A program made the position numbers and the translations under genes. Below the pieces are notes generated by a model. That model was given only the letters and a program-made list of their open reading frames with translations, was not told the origin of the DNA and ran no database searches. From Pseudomonadota bacterium (GTDB taxonomy: Bacteria > Pseudomonadota > Gammaproteobacteria > Ga0077536), in contig JAYWAC010000001.1 of the NCBI GenBank assembly GCA_043782755.1, positions 1 to 52,701 on the forward strand: a stretch of DNA of 52,701 bases, read 5' to 3'. Shown piece after piece: positions 28,578-36,568 of the stretch (position 1 is its first letter; each line of letters opens with the position of its first letter).

Positions 28578-29537
28578 ATGCACAGCGTGAGTACCTGTAA
28601 GGTTCTGGTGAGTTGTCCGCCCATGCTCGGCATGCTGGCGGAATTCGATGCTGACTTTGCCGCTTTCGGCATGCACTACGAAGCGCCGCCGCTGGTGCAG
28701 GTGCTGAGCGAAGTGGAATTGATCGCGCGTCTGCCGGACTGCGAGGGCTGGATTATCGGCGACGACCCGGCCACCCGCGCGGTGTTGCAGGCTGGCGCCA
28801 ACGGACGCCTCAAGGCGGCGGTGAAATGGGGTATAGGCATAGACAACGTCGACCTCGCGGCGACGCGCGAACTGGGTCTCGGCTTCGTCAACACGCCCGA
28901 TATGTTCGGCGACGAAGTCGCCGACTATGCGATGGCCTATGTCACCGGCCTCGCCCGTGAGCTGTTCCTGGTCGATCGCGGCGTGCGCGCCGGCCGATGG
29001 CCCAAGCCCGCCGGCATGTCATTGCAGGGCAAGACCGTCGGTCTGATTGGTTACGGCAACATTGGTCGCGCCACGGCACGGCGTCTCGCCGCTGCCGGGC
29101 TCGAAATCCTGGTCTACGATCCGGCGCCGGCCGCGCAGCGCGCGACGCAGGAAGACCGACACGATGCGCGCGTGTGGCCCGAGGGTATCGAGCACTGTGA
29201 CTTCCTGGTCTTCACCTGCGCGCTGACGGCTGCCAATCGCCACATGTTCGATCACCAAGTATTGGCGCGCTGCCGGCCTGGTGTACGCCTGGTGAATGTC
29301 GCGCGCGGTCCGCTGGTTGATACCGAGGCCTTGCTGAGTGGCTTGCGTGAAGGGCGTATCCATGGCGCTGCCCTCGATGTATTCGAAGCCGAACCGCTGG
29401 CGCTGGACCATCCGTTGCGCGGTTTCGAGCGCGTGGTGTTCGGTTCGCACAACGGCTCCAACACCGTCGAAGCAGTGCGTCGTACCAGTCGCAAGGCGAT
29501 CGTCGAACTGGCGCGCCTGCTGGGCCTGAAGTCATGA
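28578..29537 (+). CDS. D-isomer-specific 2-hydroxyacid dehydrogenase (PGDH-like)
   Basis: GKTVGLIGYGNIGRATARRL is the NAD motif. Also LVNVARGPLVD and a C-terminal ...FGSHNGS. Confidence 0.85.
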   Translation: MHSVSTCKVLVSCPPMLGMLAEFDADFAAFGMHYEAPPLVQVLSEVELIARLPDCEGWIIGDDPATRAVLQAGANGRLKAAVKWGIGIDNVDLAATRELGLGFVNTPDMFGDEVADYAMAYVTGLARELFLVDRGVRAGRWPKPAGMSLQGKTVGLIGYGNIGRATARRLAAAGLEILVYDPAPAAQRATQEDRHDARVWPEGIEHCDFLVFTCALTAANRHMFDHQVLARCRPGVRLVNVARGPLVDTEALLSGLREGRIHGAALDVFEAEPLALDHPLRGFERVVFGSHNGSNTVEAVRRTSRKAIVELARLLGLKS

Positions 29538-30283
29538 CGGCCACGCCGGATGGCGTATTGATTACTGGCGCCGGCGGCGGCATAGGTGTCGCGCTGTGCG
29601 CGGCGTTTTCTAGCGCCGGTTATCGCGTCATCGCAACCGATAGCGAGACCCGCGACTGTGACTGTCATGGTTTCGTGACGCTCGATCTCGCGCGGCTGGC
29701 GGATGACGAATCGGTGCGTGAGGTATTCCGCCGAGAAACCGAGACGGCGCTGGCCGGCTTACCGTTGCGGGTGATCGTCAATAACGCGGCGGTGCAGACT
29801 CTCGGCGGGGTTGGCGACCTGACACTGGCGTCGTTCCGCCACAGTCTGGACGTCAATGTCAGTGCGCCTTTGGCGCTGGTCTCGATGTTTCTCGACAGCT
29901 TGAGCGCACAGCGCGGTGTGGTGATCAACATCGGCAGCGTGCACGCACAGCTCACCAAGCCGGGCTTTCTCGCCTACGCCGTCAGCAAGGCGGCGCTGGC
30001 GGGCCTGACGCGCTCGCTGGCGCTTGATCTCGCGCCCCGTGGCATCCGCGTCAACGAGATCAGGCCAGGCGCAACCGCGACACCGATGTTGCTGGCGGGT
30101 TTCGCCGCAGATCCGGCAGCACTCGCCGAGGTGGCCGATATGCAACCCTTGGGCAGGCTCGCGGTACCGGCCGAGATCGCGGCCATGGCGGTGTTTCTTG
30201 CCTCGAGTGAGGCGGCGTTCATGACGGGTGCGGCCATACAGGTCGACGGCGGCATCGCCGCGCGACTGCACGACCCGCACTGA
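29534..30283 (+). CDS. SDR-family oxidoreductase
   Basis: TGAGGGIGVA and YAVSK motifs. The start overlaps the upstream stop (ATGA). Confidence 0.85.
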   Translation: MTATPDGVLITGAGGGIGVALCAAFSSAGYRVIATDSETRDCDCHGFVTLDLARLADDESVREVFRRETETALAGLPLRVIVNNAAVQTLGGVGDLTLASFRHSLDVNVSAPLALVSMFLDSLSAQRGVVINIGSVHAQLTKPGFLAYAVSKAALAGLTRSLALDLAPRGIRVNEIRPGATATPMLLAGFAADPAALAEVADMQPLGRLAVPAEIAAMAVFLASSEAAFMTGAAIQVDGGIAARLHDPH

Positions 30284-30291
30284 AGCGCTAG

Positions 30292-31431
30292 CTAGCTGAG
30301 CAGCAATCGCGCGACGCGATAGCGATCGACTAGCGGCGCCTGGCGGTCGAGGAGCAGGTCGCCGAGTATGACGATGAGGCGTCTCGAATGTGGATTGCCC
30401 ACCACGATTTTTGACCGCTGCAAGGCTTCCCACAGTGTTTCAAAAGCTGCGCGCGCGCGTGGCTCGCGGGCGCTGCTGAGCGCGGCCTTGTGCAAGAGTA
30501 TGAGCAGATAGTAATCGCGCAGTACGCGGCGAGGAGTGAGCGCAGCAGCCAGTGCTGTTGGCCAGTCAGTCATGCAGTTCTCCATCAAGCCAAGCAAGCG
30601 ATGGTAGTCAGCGTTATCAACCGTCGGCAGACGCGCAAGCGTGGTGAAAACACCGGCGCAGGCGGCGAGCAGCGCGCAGGCCGGATCGCTAGGGCATAGT
30701 TGATGACCGCGCAGCAGGGCGTCGAACAGGCGTTCATGCAACAGCACATCATGATGCAGTTGATTGCTGTTGTTGGCTGACATGCTGGTCGCATGCTTGC
30801 GGTAATACACGCAACCGGCTGGGCTGTAGAGCGGCTCCTGACCCTGCGCGAGTACGCGCAGCCAGTAGTCATAGTCTTCGCAGGCGCGCAATTGCGTGTC
30901 GAACAGTCCGGCTGCGTCCGCCACGCTGCGATGCATGAGATAGGCATGCGGTGGCGCGATGTTGAAGTGCATCAGGCGCAGACCGAGATCGGTAGGCGGC
31001 AGCAACCAGCGCGCGCCAAGTTGCGGTGTGCCGTCCGCCTTGGTGGCGCTGAACTGTCGCGTACCACACACGCTCCAGCCCGACGTCGACTGTGCGCGCA
31101 GAAATGCCAATCGCGGCGCGAGACTGGCCGGCGCCAGCAGATCGTCGGCGTCGAGGAATAACAGGGTTTCGCCACTGCTCTGGACGAGGCCGCTATTGCG
31201 TGCCGCCGACAGCCCCTGATTGTGTTGATGGCGGTAACGGACGGTGGGAAAGCCGGCCACGACTGCGGCGGTGTTGTCCTCGGAACCGTCGTCTATCACC
31301 AACAGTTCGAGATCCGGGATGCCCTGCTTGAGCACACTGCGCAGGCAGGCGCCGAGAAAATGCCCGTAGTTATAGGCCGGCACGATCACCGACAGCCGAC
31401 CGCTAACGCCGCTGCCGAGCCCGGCGCTCAT
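30292..31431 (-). CDS. family 2 glycosyltransferase with a ~130-aa C-terminal extension
   Basis: LSVIVPAYNYGHFL, LLVIDDGSEDNT and FLDADD (DxD) motifs. Confidence 0.85.
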   Translation of the reverse strand: MSAGLGSGVSGRLSVIVPAYNYGHFLGACLRSVLKQGIPDLELLVIDDGSEDNTAAVVAGFPTVRYRHQHNQGLSAARNSGLVQSSGETLLFLDADDLLAPASLAPRLAFLRAQSTSGWSVCGTRQFSATKADGTPQLGARWLLPPTDLGLRLMHFNIAPPHAYLMHRSVADAAGLFDTQLRACEDYDYWLRVLAQGQEPLYSPAGCVYYRKHATSMSANNSNQLHHDVLLHERLFDALLRGHQLCPSDPACALLAACAGVFTTLARLPTVDNADYHRLLGLMENCMTDWPTALAAALTPRRVLRDYYLLILLHKAALSSAREPRARAAFETLWEALQRSKIVVGNPHSRRLIVILGDLLLDRQAPLVDRYRVARLLLS

Positions 31432-31456
31432 CGCCAGACGTGTACGCGAGCGCGCT

Positions 31457-33247
31457 TCATACCGTGCTCATCTCGTGAAATTCGGGGTGCTGGGCCTGCA
31501 GTTCTTCAAAGGTTCCTATCGCATCGATGGTGCCAGCTTTAAGGAACACGATGCGATCGCAACGCCGCACGGTCGACAGTCGATGGGCGATCATGAGAAT
31601 GGTGCGGTCGCCCTTGAGTGCCGCTACTGCCTCAATGACGGCCGCTTCAGTGGTGTTGTCCAATGCCGAGGTCGCCTCGTCCATGATCAGGATGTCGGGG
31701 TTGTGATACAGCGCGCGGGCGATGGCGATGCGCTGACGTTCACCACCGGACAGACGGATGCCATGCTCACCAATGGTGGTATCAAGCCCCTGCGGCAGAC
31801 GCGCGAGCAGTGGCCCCAGTTCCGCCGCCGCCGCCGCGCGTTCCACCCCGGCGCGATCGACTGCCGCTGGTTCAAGACCCAGGGCAATGTTCTCGGTGAG
31901 CGTGCCATCGATCAGGAACAAGGCCTGCGGCACGTAGCCGAGATTGGCCTGCCAGGCCGACAGCGTCGCGCGGATATCCTTGCCATCGACACGAATCTGC
32001 CCGTCTACCGGCGCTAGCACGCCGAGGATCAAATCGATGAGTGTGGACTTGCCGGCGCCGCTGGTGCCGACGATGCCGATAGCCTCACCGCGCGCGATGC
32101 GCAGATTGACTGCGTGCAGACTGTCCTGCGTTGCGCCCGGATAGCGATAGCCGAGCTGCTGGATTTCGATGTGCTGGCGAAATGGTAGGGGTGCGCTGAC
32201 GCGTGCCGCGTCGTTGAGCAAAGGCTCAAGCGTACGCAGTCCGTCGTGAACGATATCCAGCGAGGCAGCGTTGTGACGGACTTCGGTGAAGTTATCCATG
32301 AGCCCGCGCACGGCGCCTTTCATGCGTGTCAGCGCGACCGCGAACACGCTGAGGGTGGCGATGATGGCCTGGTTGTCGCTGCCGAGCTGGAACAGCATCA
32401 GGGTCACGCCTAGCAGGCCGAAGATGCCGGTCAGTTCGATGAGTTGTGGAATTGCGCGCTGCACTAGCTGCATGGTGCGTTGAATACGGAACACGTTGAC
32501 CAGCGCCTCGCGCAGACGCGCCAGGAAATAGTCGGTGCGTCCGAGCACGATGATTTCCTTCACGCCGCCCAAGCCTTCGGTGACACTGCGAATGACCATG
32601 CCGCGATGCGCTTGGGCTTCGACACCGAGGCGTTTGACGCGGTTCTGCAGCAGGGTCGCGATGCCGATACCGCCGCCGAGGAAGCCGGCCAGCCACACCA
32701 GTACGCGTAGATCGAGGATCGCGACCAGCACACCGCTGATGCCGAGCAGGATGAAGATATTGCTGATGAACTCGACCATCGGCATCAACACCCGCACCGA
32801 CAGCTGTTGACACTCCTGATTGATATTGCGTTGCAGTTCCGAAGAGTTGTTGCGCAGATGAAAAATATAGGGTGCGCGCAGATAGGCGGTGAACAGGCGG
32901 GTGCTGAGTTTCAAGGCGCGGGTCTGCGCGAAGCGTGCCTTCCAGTAGGCGAGGAACACCACATAAGCAGTCTTGAAGCCATACAAGCCAAACATCGCCA
33001 CGCCGCCCCATACCAACAGATGTTCGCGACTCAGCCACTGGCGCCAATAGGGCGACAAGGCCTCGCGCAGCACGGGGTTGTCGATCAGTTTCTCGGGATA
33101 GGCGAGCACGGTGATGTAGAGCGGTACGACGGCGACGCCGGCCATTTCCAGCATCGCCTCGCACAGCATGAGTAAGACCAGCAGCATGAGACTGCGCCTT
33201 TCGGCGCCGCTCAAGAGATCGATGAGCTTGGTCAGACTGTGCCACAT
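31457..33247 (-). CDS. ABC exporter, fused permease-ATPase (MsbA/PglK-like architecture)
   Basis: 6-TM N-domain. Walker A GTSGAGKST, signature LSGGERQR, Walker B ILIMDEATSALD. Confidence 0.85.
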   Translation of the reverse strand: MWHSLTKLIDLLSGAERRSLMLLVLLMLCEAMLEMAGVAVVPLYITVLAYPEKLIDNPVLREALSPYWRQWLSREHLLVWGGVAMFGLYGFKTAYVVFLAYWKARFAQTRALKLSTRLFTAYLRAPYIFHLRNNSSELQRNINQECQQLSVRVLMPMVEFISNIFILLGISGVLVAILDLRVLVWLAGFLGGGIGIATLLQNRVKRLGVEAQAHRGMVIRSVTEGLGGVKEIIVLGRTDYFLARLREALVNVFRIQRTMQLVQRAIPQLIELTGIFGLLGVTLMLFQLGSDNQAIIATLSVFAVALTRMKGAVRGLMDNFTEVRHNAASLDIVHDGLRTLEPLLNDAARVSAPLPFRQHIEIQQLGYRYPGATQDSLHAVNLRIARGEAIGIVGTSGAGKSTLIDLILGVLAPVDGQIRVDGKDIRATLSAWQANLGYVPQALFLIDGTLTENIALGLEPAAVDRAGVERAAAAAELGPLLARLPQGLDTTIGEHGIRLSGGERQRIAIARALYHNPDILIMDEATSALDNTTEAAVIEAVAALKGDRTILMIAHRLSTVRRCDRIVFLKAGTIDAIGTFEELQAQHPEFHEMSTV

Positions 33248-33273
33248 ACGTCAATTCTCGCAGCGATAGCGAT

Positions 33274-34386
33274 TCATTGCGTCACACCGTGCAGCACCGC
33301 TTCGAGATGGGCGGCCTGGGTGGCCCAGTCGGGCGGCGCGAGGGTGCTCGGTGTCGGCGTGGCCAGTTGCGCGCTGAGGCAGTGGCGCAGACTGTCGATG
33401 TCATCGACCTCGTACAGGCTGTTGGCTGGTGTTGCTAGCAGCTTGCTCAATGCGCCGACCTTGGCCGCCACCACCGGCGTGCGGCAGGCAATGATCTCAT
33501 AGGCCTTCTGCGGGAAGGCATAGCGCCCAAAGGCGGTGTCGCGCATGCAGATCACGGCGACATCGAGCGCGCTGAATAGATCGGGCATGCGCGCATGAGG
33601 CAGTTCGCCAAGATGGATCACGCCCGGCGCATTTGGCAAAGGCTCGGCGCCCTGGCGGCTGCCCGCCAGCACCAGGTGAAGATTATCGTCGCGCGCGCGC
33701 AATTGTTCATAGGCACGATACAAGGTCGCGATGCCACGCGAGGCATCGAGCGCGCCGGCGGTACCGATCAAGCGTCCATCCGCCGGCAGGCCCAGTCGTA
33801 CACGGCTGGTGGCGCGATCGCGCGGATGGAACAGTTCGTGGTTGATGGTGCTCACGAGCGTGCTGACCCGTGCGCGCGGCGTGTGGCGCGCGGCCACCAT
33901 TTCGCATAGTGCTTCGCTGACGCAGGTCACGGCATCGGCGTCGGCCAGCGCGCGGCGGTAGGCGCTGGTCAGGCCGGGCAGTCGCGACAGACCAAAGCTT
34001 TCATAATTATCGAACAGGTCGACAACAAAGGGCAGCCCGGCGCGGCGCGCGAAATGGTGGGTCACGACGACATGGGGACTGTCGGAACCGCCGAGCATCA
34101 CCGTCGGTGCGAAATCTTCAATCGCCGCCTTGACCATGCGCCGATAGCGCAATAGCCCCGGCAATAGCAGTGGCCCCAGATCACAGGACTGCCAGTGCAG
34201 GCGGCCTGCGCCGAGGGCATCTTCGCGCGCGAAGGGCGGCGCTACGCCGCGATAGTTGAGACAGAGGCCGAGTACCTCGTGCCCGCGCAGCGCCAGTTGC
34301 CGTGGCAATTCGTAGAGCCGCGCATAGCGATCGACGATGACGTCCTGGCGCATGTAGCGACGCTTGAACAGACACAGGATGCGCAT
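33274..34386 (-). CDS. GT-B glycosyltransferase (family 4/1-like)
   Basis: MRILCLFKRRY... N-terminus and a C-terminal ...FPQKAYEIIACRTPVVAAKVGAL segment typical of GT4 (E-x7-E region). Confidence 0.7.
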   Translation of the reverse strand: MRILCLFKRRYMRQDVIVDRYARLYELPRQLALRGHEVLGLCLNYRGVAPPFAREDALGAGRLHWQSCDLGPLLLPGLLRYRRMVKAAIEDFAPTVMLGGSDSPHVVVTHHFARRAGLPFVVDLFDNYESFGLSRLPGLTSAYRRALADADAVTCVSEALCEMVAARHTPRARVSTLVSTINHELFHPRDRATSRVRLGLPADGRLIGTAGALDASRGIATLYRAYEQLRARDDNLHLVLAGSRQGAEPLPNAPGVIHLGELPHARMPDLFSALDVAVICMRDTAFGRYAFPQKAYEIIACRTPVVAAKVGALSKLLATPANSLYEVDDIDSLRHCLSAQLATPTPSTLAPPDWATQAAHLEAVLHGVTQ

Positions 34387-34447
34387 GATTCAGCAGCTAC
34401 TCCCGTCAGGCTGGTGCGGACCCTGCGCCGTGCGATTGGCGTGCTGC

Positions 34448-35575
34448 TCAGGCCTCGAGACTGCTGTATTCATCGTCCAGCCCAGTGATGTCACGCGCGG
34501 TCTTCAAGGCCGCCGCCACCACCTGGTCCATGTTGTAGTAACGGTACTGGGCGAGGCGACCGACGAACACCACGTGTTGCTCGGCGCGCGCCATGGCCTT
34601 GTAGCGTTGATAACGCGCTTCGTTGGCCGGATTCGGAATCGGATAATAGGGCTCGCCTGCGGCGCGCGGGATCTCCTTCACTATCGAAGTGCCGGCCACG
34701 TTCTGACCGGTGAGGTATTTGAATTCGGTGATACGGGTGTAGTCATGGTCGTTCGGAAAATTCACCGTGCCGGTGTGCTGGTAGCGCGGCTGGTGGTGAT
34801 GTTCATGACGGAATTCTAGTGAGCGATAGGGCAGGGCACCGTGGCAATAATTGAAATAGGCATCAATAGGGCCGCTGAAGACGGTCAGCCTGGCCAGCAG
34901 TCGCTCGCGTACCGCGAAATAGTCGACGCCGGTCTCGACGGTGATGTGCGGATGAGCGAGCAGCCGCGTGAACATCGCGCTGTAGCCCTGCATCGGCATG
35001 GCCTGGTGACTGTCGGTAAAATAACGATCGTCATCGTTGCTGCGCGTCGGTATGCGGGAGGCGACACTGGCGGCGAGTTGATGGAGTTCCAGGCCCCACT
35101 GCTTGCGCGTATAGCCGCGAAAGAATTTGTCACACAGATCAGCGCCGACGCTGGCCAGTACCGCGTCCTCGCTGGTCTTGATCGTCGTGCGTTGCTCGCG
35201 CACGCCCGCCAAATAGTCGGCGACACCCTGCTCATCGAGTGCGAGACCGTAGAGGCCATTGATGGTGGTGCGGTTGATGGGGATTGGATAGAAGCGACCG
35301 TCGACCAGCGCCTGCACCCGATGTTCATAGGGACGCCAGCTCGTGAAACGCGACAGATAAGCGAACACGCGGCTCGACTGGGTGTGAAAGATGTGCGGGC
35401 CGTAACGATGGATGAGCACACCGTGGGCATCGACTTCATCGTAGGCATTGCCGCCGATGTGCGGGCGCTTGTCTATCACCAGCACGCGACGGCCGGCGCT
35501 GGCGAGACGTTCGGCCACTACCGCGCCGGCAAAGCCGGCACCGACTACCAGCACGTCAAGGGTGGACGAGGACAT
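34448..35575 (-). CDS. glf: UDP-galactopyranose mutase
   Basis: VVGAGFAGAVVAERLA, HIGGNAYD, YGPHIFHT and YRYYNMDQ are characteristic Glf blocks. Confidence 0.9.
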   Translation of the reverse strand: MSSSTLDVLVVGAGFAGAVVAERLASAGRRVLVIDKRPHIGGNAYDEVDAHGVLIHRYGPHIFHTQSSRVFAYLSRFTSWRPYEHRVQALVDGRFYPIPINRTTINGLYGLALDEQGVADYLAGVREQRTTIKTSEDAVLASVGADLCDKFFRGYTRKQWGLELHQLAASVASRIPTRSNDDDRYFTDSHQAMPMQGYSAMFTRLLAHPHITVETGVDYFAVRERLLARLTVFSGPIDAYFNYCHGALPYRSLEFRHEHHHQPRYQHTGTVNFPNDHDYTRITEFKYLTGQNVAGTSIVKEIPRAAGEPYYPIPNPANEARYQRYKAMARAEQHVVFVGRLAQYRYYNMDQVVAAALKTARDITGLDDEYSSLEA

Positions 35576-35658
35576 GAAGACACGTGCACGAAGCTGGGCG
35601 CAGCGGCGTAAGCCTGCGGATTAAAGCGATTCACCGGCGGATTATGCCTGTGATTGCC

Positions 35659-35684
35659 GCGCCACGCATGACGGCGCGTGGCGC
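35659..35684 (-). terminator. hairpin downstream of the fliT-like gene (putative terminator of the fliDST unit)
   Basis: GCGCCACGC / GCGTGGCGC forms a 9-bp perfect stem with an 8-nt loop. It begins 8 nt after the stop at 35692. Confidence 0.45.
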
Positions 35685-35691
35685 TGATCCG

Positions 35692-35988
35692 TCAGCCGTA
35701 GGCGGCGACGGCCTTGCGCGCTTTGCCGAGTTGCTGGAGTTCTGCACGCACGTCGTCCTGGGCCGCGCGCGCGGCGGCACTGACGCGTCCGACCGCTAGA
35801 TAGGCATGACGGAACACCGCTTCGGTGTGGGCACGATCGGACGACGGCGGTGTAGCCAGCAAGCTCGCGAGCGTAGTGGTACACAGTTCCGCGCCGCTCC
35901 AATCGGTGGCAACCGCCGCAGCTTCCAGCGCACACACCTGTTCGGCGACAGCCGCTGCCCAGTCCTGATCGCCGATGGCGGTGGCCAT
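35692..35988 (-). CDS. FliT-like small helical protein (putative flagellar chaperone)
   Basis: 98-aa Ala-rich helical ORF. It starts (MATAIGDQDW) 2 nt after the fliS stop. The call rests on position and size only, not on a recognised motif. Confidence 0.4.
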   Translation of the reverse strand: MATAIGDQDWAAAVAEQVCALEAAAVATDWSGAELCTTTLASLLATPPSSDRAHTEAVFRHAYLAVGRVSAAARAAQDDVRAELQQLGKARKAVAAYG

Positions 35989-35990
35989 GG

Positions 35991-36449
35991 TCAGCCGTAG
36001 ATGCGCGCGGTGGCGCCCAGATCGTTTTGGATAGTGGCCGGTGCGCCGCGTTCGACCTGAGCTTCGATGCCCTTCCACCCGGCACGAATCTCGTGCAACA
36101 GCTTTTCGACTTCGACCAGTTTGGTCTCGTCATTGTGTAGATTGGCGGTGACCAGCGTGCGAGCCATGTAGTCGTAGAGCGCATCGAGATTGGCTGCGAT
36201 CTTGCCGCCGCGTTCATGATTGAGACTGGCGCGCAGGCCGTCGATGATCGACATCGCCCAGGTGATGTTCGAACCCTTGGCGGCGATGTTGCCGCGTGTC
36301 ATCGAGGTACGCGCGGCGCGGATCTTGTCGAGTGCACCGTCCAGCAGCAGCAGGATCAGACGATGGGGTGAGGCGGTTTCAATGTCGGTGCGCAGCGCGA
36401 GGCGAGTGTATTCGTCTATCGCATTGAAGGCAGTGGGTGAGTAGCTCAT
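35991..36449 (-). CDS. fliS: flagellar export chaperone FliS
   Basis: ASPHRLILLLLDGALDKI and LDALYDYM blocks. GGAGA RBS upstream of the start. Confidence 0.9.
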   Translation of the reverse strand: MSYSPTAFNAIDEYTRLALRTDIETASPHRLILLLLDGALDKIRAARTSMTRGNIAAKGSNITWAMSIIDGLRASLNHERGGKIAANLDALYDYMARTLVTANLHNDETKLVEVEKLLHEIRAGWKGIEAQVERGAPATIQNDLGATARIYG

Positions 36450-36535
36450 TCATTCTCCTCTCGGTCGCGCAGACCGTTGTGGGCGCCGGTCGCAGCTTCT
36501 GCGTGCGGGCTGCGGACCGTGGTCAAGGCTGAAAT

Positions 36536-36559
36536 ATTTAGCGACCGCCGACGCTAAAT
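36536..36559 (-). terminator. hairpin just after the fliD stop (possible attenuator/terminator)
   Basis: ATTTAGCG / CGCTAAAT forms an 8-bp stem with an 8-nt loop, followed by an AT-rich tail on the minus strand. Confidence 0.3.
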
Positions 36560-36568
36560 CTGAATCGA

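Noticed and set aside
32292-33254. 320-aa minus-strand ORF, plus the similar alternate-frame ORFs 36975-37862 and 20144-21001
   Set aside because: These are alternate frames or opposite strands of the ABC exporter, fliD and the outer-membrane protein gene respectively. They are Arg/Pro/Gly-rich with no recognisable domains.
35576-35658. Possible sigma28-like TTTAATCC-N10-GCCGCTGC upstream of glf
   Set aside because: Both half-sites are weak and the spacing differs from the two better promoters in this window. It is not reportable as a promoter.
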